Positions 49,739 to 53,740 of a stretch of DNA of 53,740 nt are shown here, piece by piece. Position numbers and translations under genes: made by a program. The first letter of the stretch is position 1. Each line of letters starts with the position of its first letter. The stretch spans positions 1-53,740 of the forward strand of contig NZ_RJJQ01000006.1 of assembly GCF_003724155.1 (NCBI RefSeq), read 5' to 3'. The stretch comes from Flexivirga caeni (GTDB taxonomy: Bacteria > Actinomycetota > Actinomycetes > Actinomycetales > Dermatophilaceae). A model generated the notes under the pieces. The model did no database searches, was not told the DNA's origin, and was given only the letters and a program-made list of their open reading frames with translations.

Positions 49739-51607
49739 CTAGAGTATGGCGGTCGCCGGTTCTCCGGTGATCACCCACTCTGGGGCATTGGCGCAGTTGG
49801 TAGCGCGCTTCCATGGCATGGAAGAGGTCAGGGGTTCGAATCCCCTATGCTCCACCAGAACCGTCCTACTCGAACCAACGACGTCCTGAACGTCGCGAGT
49901 GGTGCGGTTTGGTTCATCCCAAGCAAGGAGCGCCTCCCTCACGGAGGCGCTTTTTTGTCCCTTTCGTGTGGTTGGGGTTGCCCCTCGGATCTTGGTGCCC
50001 TCGATGCGGAGCCACTCCGTGTGGACGTCAAGGAGGGTCAGGAAGGGGTCGTTGACGACTGCTTGATCGGCGCCGTGGTGATCGTCGACGTAGAGGGCTT
50101 TGAAGAAGACGTAGTTGAGGTGGCGGCGGATCTCGTCGATGGTGCCTTCGTAGAGGGTGTCGATGTCAGAAGCCAGACTCGCTGCTGAGGTCAGGATGCG
50201 TGCGCCGGTCGTCAGTTCGGTGTCGATGTCAGTGAGGCGTATGGCGACGCTGTCGCGGCGTTGGCGGATCTCGTTCATTTTCTGGCGAACGATGACGCGA
50301 TCGAGGGTGGCGTCCATGACGGCATCGACGAGGTTACGCTCACGCTCGTCGAGCTTCTGGAGTTCGCTGTTCAGAGAGCTGCGCATCTGGCGCGTTGTTG
50401 CGTCGTGGTTGGCAACAGCGTCTTCGAGGGTGCCCTTGAAGCCGTCGGTGAAGTCTTGGGTGAGTGCTAGTTCGCGGTAGATGTCGCTGAGCTTCTGCTC
50501 GATGAGTTGTACCGGCAGGTACGGCAGGTCGCAGTCGCCGATCTGCCGTCCGCGACAGAAGTAGTAGGCGTAGCGGTCGCCGTTGCGTCCGGTGGCTTCG
50601 GTGTAAACGAGTCTGGTTTCGCGGTGTCGCTCGGTGTGGCAGCGGTGGCAGCGGAGTTGACCGCGGAGGTAGTGCTCGAGGATGCGGTCACGATTGCCCT
50701 TGGCGGAGCGGCGCTCGTAGATTTCTTGAACCCGCTCGAACAGATCGTGGTCGACGATTGGCTTGTGGTTGCCGTCGTACAGTTCGCCCTCATAGGAGGT
50801 GTATCCGGCGTAGTACGGGTCGGTGAGCACTCGATGGAGGGTGTTTGCGGATAGCGGCCGCTCGGCCTTCCACCTGCCTGCGGGCCGAGCATGCAGGCCG
50901 TGATCGTCCATGGCCTCTTGAAGAGCTTCGATGCTGTACTTGTCCGTGGCGTAGAGCTCGAAGGCGAGGCGCACCAGAGGTGCTCGCTGCTCGTCGATGA
51001 TGACGGTGTTGACCTGTCTGCCGTCGCCGATGTCGATGCGGGCGTTGAGGTAGCCGATCGGCGCACGGGAGATGGTGCCGCCGTTCTTGGCCTTGTGTGC
51101 CATCTTGAGCTTGATGTCCTGCCCGGACTGCTTGTTCTGGCTGTCGTTCATGACGTCCTGCATCGTTTCCATGGCTTCGGCTTGGATGCCTTCGCCGAAA
51201 TCGTCCTTGGTCGAGACGATGCGGACGCCGAGTGCGCGGAGTGTTTTGCGCGTGAGCACGGCGTCTTCGACGTTGCGGAAGGCACGTGAGCGCGCGTAGA
51301 CGAAGACGTACCCGACGTTGGGGTGTTCGGCGAGGTATGCGAGCAGTCGGCGGAACTCTGGTCGTTTCTCGATGGTTTGCGCGGACTTGCCGGGCTCGAC
51401 GAACTCCTCGACGATGGGGACGTTCATGTTGGCGGCTTTGCGGTCGCATTCCTCACGCTGGGTCGCGATGGAGTTGCCGTCGCGGTCAATATCTGCGGCA
51501 GTGTGGGTCTGCCGGACTGACGACACACGTAGGTAGTGCACACCGTCCTTCTTTTCGGTGAGCCCAGCGGTTTGGGCGCGGCGCTGGTACTGCCGGTGGC
51601 TGCTCAT
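49739..51607 (-). CDS. large serine recombinase (integrase)
   Basis: N-terminal resolvase domain with catalytic YLRVSSVRQ. Recombinase domain. Zinc-ribbon CHRCH...CRGRQIGDC. Coiled-coil region. The last ~70 codons run antisense through the terminator and tRNA-Ala. Confidence 0.85.
   Translation of the reverse strand: MSSHRQYQRRAQTAGLTEKKDGVHYLRVSSVRQTHTAADIDRDGNSIATQREECDRKAANMNVPIVEEFVEPGKSAQTIEKRPEFRRLLAYLAEHPNVGYVFVYARSRAFRNVEDAVLTRKTLRALGVRIVSTKDDFGEGIQAEAMETMQDVMNDSQNKQSGQDIKLKMAHKAKNGGTISRAPIGYLNARIDIGDGRQVNTVIIDEQRAPLVRLAFELYATDKYSIEALQEAMDDHGLHARPAGRWKAERPLSANTLHRVLTDPYYAGYTSYEGELYDGNHKPIVDHDLFERVQEIYERRSAKGNRDRILEHYLRGQLRCHRCHTERHRETRLVYTEATGRNGDRYAYYFCRGRQIGDCDLPYLPVQLIEQKLSDIYRELALTQDFTDGFKGTLEDAVANHDATTRQMRSSLNSELQKLDERERNLVDAVMDATLDRVIVRQKMNEIRQRRDSVAIRLTDIDTELTTGARILTSAASLASDIDTLYEGTIDEIRRHLNYVFFKALYVDDHHGADQAVVNDPFLTLLDVHTEWLRIEGTKIRGATPTTRKGQKSASVREALLAWDEPNRTTRDVQDVVGSSRTVLVEHRGFEPLTSSMPWKRATNCANAPEWVITGEPATAIL
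49782..49857 (+). tRNA. tRNA-Ala (anticodon GGC)
   Basis: Manual fold: 7-bp acceptor stem with G3:U70, D-arm GCGC/AGTTGGTA/GCGC, anticodon stem CTTCC/GGAAG with loop AT-GGC-AT, T-arm AGGGG/TTCGAAT/CCCCT, discriminator A, encoded CCA. Confidence 0.9.
49929..49957 (+). terminator. intrinsic terminator downstream of tRNA-Ala
   Basis: AGCGCCTCC-ctcac-GGAGGCGCT followed by TTTTTTG. Confidence 0.7.
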
Positions 51608-52236
51608 GCGTGACTCCTCGTGAGGTGAACTGGACGAAAGCGTTGGTCGTGCCCGGGTGTCGTCGACACCGGACGGGCGCAGCGTGGCGGACGGGTGAAA
51701 ATCTGTGGATCGACGAGCCCGGTCTGTTCGAGTCGCACGCGCACGGCTTCTTGGCTGACGCCGAAGTATCTGGCCAGTTGATCGGTCCGCTGGGTGACGG
51801 TGCAGAAGACGCGTTTCAGATCCCGCTTCGGCATCAGGGCGCAGGCGGCGAAGTAGTCAGCAGCGCGTTCGGCTTGCCATTCGGAGCGGTAGAGACGCTT
51901 AGCGGAGGCGTGGTCGATGATGTGCTTCAGTTCATGGAGCAACGTGAAGCGTTGCCGTGCCATGCTGTCGCTCTCGTTGAGCGCGATAATCCACGTGTGG
52001 CCGTCCCAGCAGCTGAGGCCGCTGGTTGGCAGTGGTTCGCGCACGATTGTCAGGAACGGCAGTTCGGCCAGGTCATGTTCGTGGATGCCGTCGTGGCTCG
52101 CGTGAAGGAGCTCCACGAGGTGGACGGCTTGCCGTTCAGCAAGAGTGCGGGCGTCGTCGTAGTCGATGTGGCCGAACGGTGTGAGGCTGCGGAGGCTCAT
52201 CAGGATAGATTTCGATTGTGGTGCTGGTTGGTTCAT
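51604..52236 (-). CDS. ImmA/IrrE family metallopeptidase (anti-repressor protease)
   Basis: HEXXH in LLHELKHIIDH plus downstream …ADYFAACALMP… typical of COG2856. AAGGAGG RBS. Its stop overlaps the recombinase start (ATGA). Confidence 0.8.
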   Translation of the reverse strand: MNQPAPQSKSILMSLRSLTPFGHIDYDDARTLAERQAVHLVELLHASHDGIHEHDLAELPFLTIVREPLPTSGLSCWDGHTWIIALNESDSMARQRFTLLHELKHIIDHASAKRLYRSEWQAERAADYFAACALMPKRDLKRVFCTVTQRTDQLARYFGVSQEAVRVRLEQTGLVDPQIFTRPPRCARPVSTTPGHDQRFRPVHLTRSHA

Positions 52237-52264
52237 GGGAGCCTCCTTTCGGTTATCAGGTTGG

Positions 52265-52651
52265 TTAGATTTCGTCTTCGCCGGGACGAGGACCGGAGTT
52301 GTTCGGCTCGATGCCGTATTTTTTGGTGATGTCAGCGATTTGTTGCAGGGCCGTGTCTGGCATCTTGGGGTATTTGCTGCGGAAGTACATCGTGAGGGTC
52401 GGCAGATCACCTGACTGTTCGTAGCCAGCCGCGAGGTACAAATCGGCGAGTGGCAGATCAAGTGCTTGAGCGAGTCGCTGCAGTGATGATTGGTCGGGTT
52501 GCACGGTGCTGCCGTCTTCGATCTTGAAGAGCGTGCCCTTAGAGATGCTGGTCAGAGCCGCTAACTGTCCGTACGATAATCGCTTCTCCGTACGAGCCTC
52601 GCTGACGAGGTTGGCAAGTTTTTTGTTTCGTTGCGGGGTGTCTAGGTTCAT
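52265..52651 (-). CDS. XRE-family HTH transcriptional regulator (ImmR/cI-like repressor)
   Basis: HTH LSYGQLAALTSISKGTLFKIEDG. AAGGAA RBS. 28 nt upstream of the ImmA gene. Confidence 0.8.
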   Translation of the reverse strand: MNLDTPQRNKKLANLVSEARTEKRLSYGQLAALTSISKGTLFKIEDGSTVQPDQSSLQRLAQALDLPLADLYLAAGYEQSGDLPTLTMYFRSKYPKMPDTALQQIADITKKYGIEPNNSGPRPGEDEI

Positions 52652-52671
52652 GGGAATTCCTTACATTGTCA

Positions 52672-52677
52672 ATTATA
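52672..52677 (-). promoter_or_regulatory. consensus -10 hexamer TATAAT for the XRE-immA-recombinase operon
   Basis: Minus strand reads ...ggtgggcgTATAATtgacaatgtAAGGAAttcccATG. The -35 is weak (TTCTAT-like). Confidence 0.5.
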
Positions 52678-52769
52678 CGCCCACCGTTTTGCGAATAGAA
52701 CGATTTTGGCAAATTCCACAACGTTATTGAACCAAGGATTTCCTCTCCTCCGTTCGCCCATTTTGTTGG

Positions 52770-52811
52770 GGTCGGAGTCAGGGAGCGTGAATGCTCTACC
52801 TGACTCCGACC
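52770..52811. promoter_or_regulatory. perfect 13-bp inverted repeat (operator or structural hairpin) between the RHH and XRE genes
   Basis: GGTCGGAGTCAGG-gagcgtgaatgctcta-CCTGACTCCGACC. No flanking U-tract on either strand. Confidence 0.45.
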
Positions 52812-52847
52812 GGTGAGTGGATGGAGGTTGCGAGCCAGCTGAACGGA

Positions 52848-53138
52848 TCAGCTGGTCGCGGACTTGCGTGCGGTACGTGGCTTGCTCGGCTCCACCGGCG
52901 TGGTGCCGAACAGCGCCTCGATGGCCGCGCGTTGCTCGTCGGCTTGCCGGGCGATGGCGTCCTGGAACTTGCTCGCCTTGGCGGCGGTTTCCGGGTTGGC
53001 TGCCATCGCCTCGACTTCCTTCTCGATCGCGGTGCGGATCGCATCGGTGATCGAGATGCCGGTGAGCTTGGCCAGAATGGTGAGCTGGTTGTGCAGGTCA
53101 CCGTCCAGGCGGATCGCCAGCGTCTTCACGTCAGACAT
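52848..53138 (-). CDS. ribbon-helix-helix (Arc/MetJ/CopG-like) DNA-binding protein
   Basis: Start MSDVKTLAIRLDGDLHNQLTILAKLTGISITDAIRTAIE: beta-strand plus two helices. RBS GGAAGGAGAAGG. Confidence 0.55.
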   Translation of the reverse strand: MSDVKTLAIRLDGDLHNQLTILAKLTGISITDAIRTAIEKEVEAMAANPETAAKASKFQDAIARQADEQRAAIEALFGTTPVEPSKPRTARKSATS

Positions 53139-53169
53139 GACGACCTTCTCCTTCCTGAGGGTTCTTGCG

Positions 53170-53191
53170 ACTTGCAGCAATTGGTGCAAGT
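53170..53191. promoter_or_regulatory. palindromic candidate operator in the RHH gene promoter
   Basis: ACTTGCA-gcaattgg-TGCAAGT, 30-50 nt upstream of the RHH start codon. Confidence 0.35.
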
Positions 53192-53563
53192 TCCCACCGT
53201 CCTCGGGGTGGTGCAGCCCTCCACGTCGTGATGATGTGAAGTGGTTGCAGATTCCCGAGGAAGCCGTAGCAATCGGGCATCGAGCGCTCACCGGTGCTGG
53301 CCGCGACATGCGCGGCAGTCCACCAAGTTGCAGCGGTAACTGACGGATCAGTCGAGCTGTGCCGACGAGGAGCTGTGCCAGGAGGCTGAATAGACCATCG
53401 GAGCTTGGCCTGCTTCCCAAACGGGCGGTTATGTGCCATCCTGTCGCGCAGAGGCGGCTTGCAGGCTGCTTCGGTCCGCCGATCGGCGGCCAAATTTATA
53501 TGAGTGCTCAGGAACCGCGCTGCGGGCTCCGAAGCGACTAGCAGTCTTACCGGCTGTGCCTAG

Positions 53564-53593
53564 GCCCTCCTGTTCCCGCGGGAGGGCTTTTGG
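53564..53593 (+). terminator. intrinsic terminator on the + strand within the non-coding part of the element
   Basis: GCCCTCC-tgttcccgcg-GGAGGGC followed by TTTTGG. No convincing + strand CDS upstream, so possibly an ncRNA 3' end. Confidence 0.45.
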
Positions 53594-53740
53594 TCTCGCG
53601 ACCCCTTGTGCTGGGTATGACACGGGTGTAATTTGCCTGTAGCTCCACCTGAGTCGTGCCACTTTGTGAGGAATCGCGGGTTCGGTTTGTGTTTGTGCTG
53701 GTCAGCGGCGTGGGCTGGGGTGGGTTGACACACTAATCGG

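Larger units (their letters stand above)
49958..53740. mobile_element. left part of an integrative element (prophage/ICE-like) inserted next to tRNA-Ala; continues past the window end
   Basis: Large serine recombinase, ImmA-like protease, XRE repressor and RHH gene, all leftward. AT-rich intergenic DNA with a consensus TATAAT in a 70% GC genome. Element boundary not determinable. Confidence 0.6.

Noticed and set aside
53359-53642. Small + strand ORFs (60 and 69 aa) in the non-coding part of the element
   Set aside because: Arg/Pro/Ala-rich with no RBS. Judged non-coding; the region is better explained as regulatory/ncRNA DNA ending at the 53564-53593 terminator.
1-53740. CRISPR arrays, rRNA genes, additional tRNAs
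   Set aside because: No regularly spaced direct repeats with unique spacers. No 16S/23S/5S-like conserved stretches. The TTCGAATCC T-loop signature occurs only in the tRNA-Ala at 49782-49857.

Overview
High-GC (~70%) actinobacterial chromosomal segment, probably Micrococcales/Mycobacteriales-like. It carries conserved core operons. These are sulfate assimilation (sirA-cysH-cysD-cysN), rimP-nusA-ylxR-infB, rbfA-truB, ribF, the TIGR03960/TIGR03936 radical-SAM pair upstream of rne-rplU-rpmA-obg-proB, and proA-nadD-rsfS-phosphatase. These blocks are interrupted by several accessory insertions. An ~8 kb block lies between infB and rbfA: oxidoreductases, a small Cys/His protein, a benE remnant, an AraC regulator, a Usp/permease pair and an orphan methyltransferase. 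A NiCoT transporter sits between truB and ribF. A TetR/MFS efflux cassette is bracketed by two large palindromic repeats. A DedA/epimerase/MFS/flotillin-NfeD block separates proB from proA. Three copies of a small REP-like hairpin repeat occur. The 3' end of the window holds tRNA-Ala(GGC) with an intrinsic terminator, immediately followed by the start of an integrative element that continues beyond the window. Its first genes form an ICEBs1-like immR-immA-int module, but with a large serine recombinase whose ORF reads antisense through the tRNA, plus an RHH gene and an AT-rich promoter region. No CRISPR array or rRNA was seen. All family calls are from reading motifs in the translations; no database search was run. 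Non-ORF coordinates are approximate (+/-2 nt).
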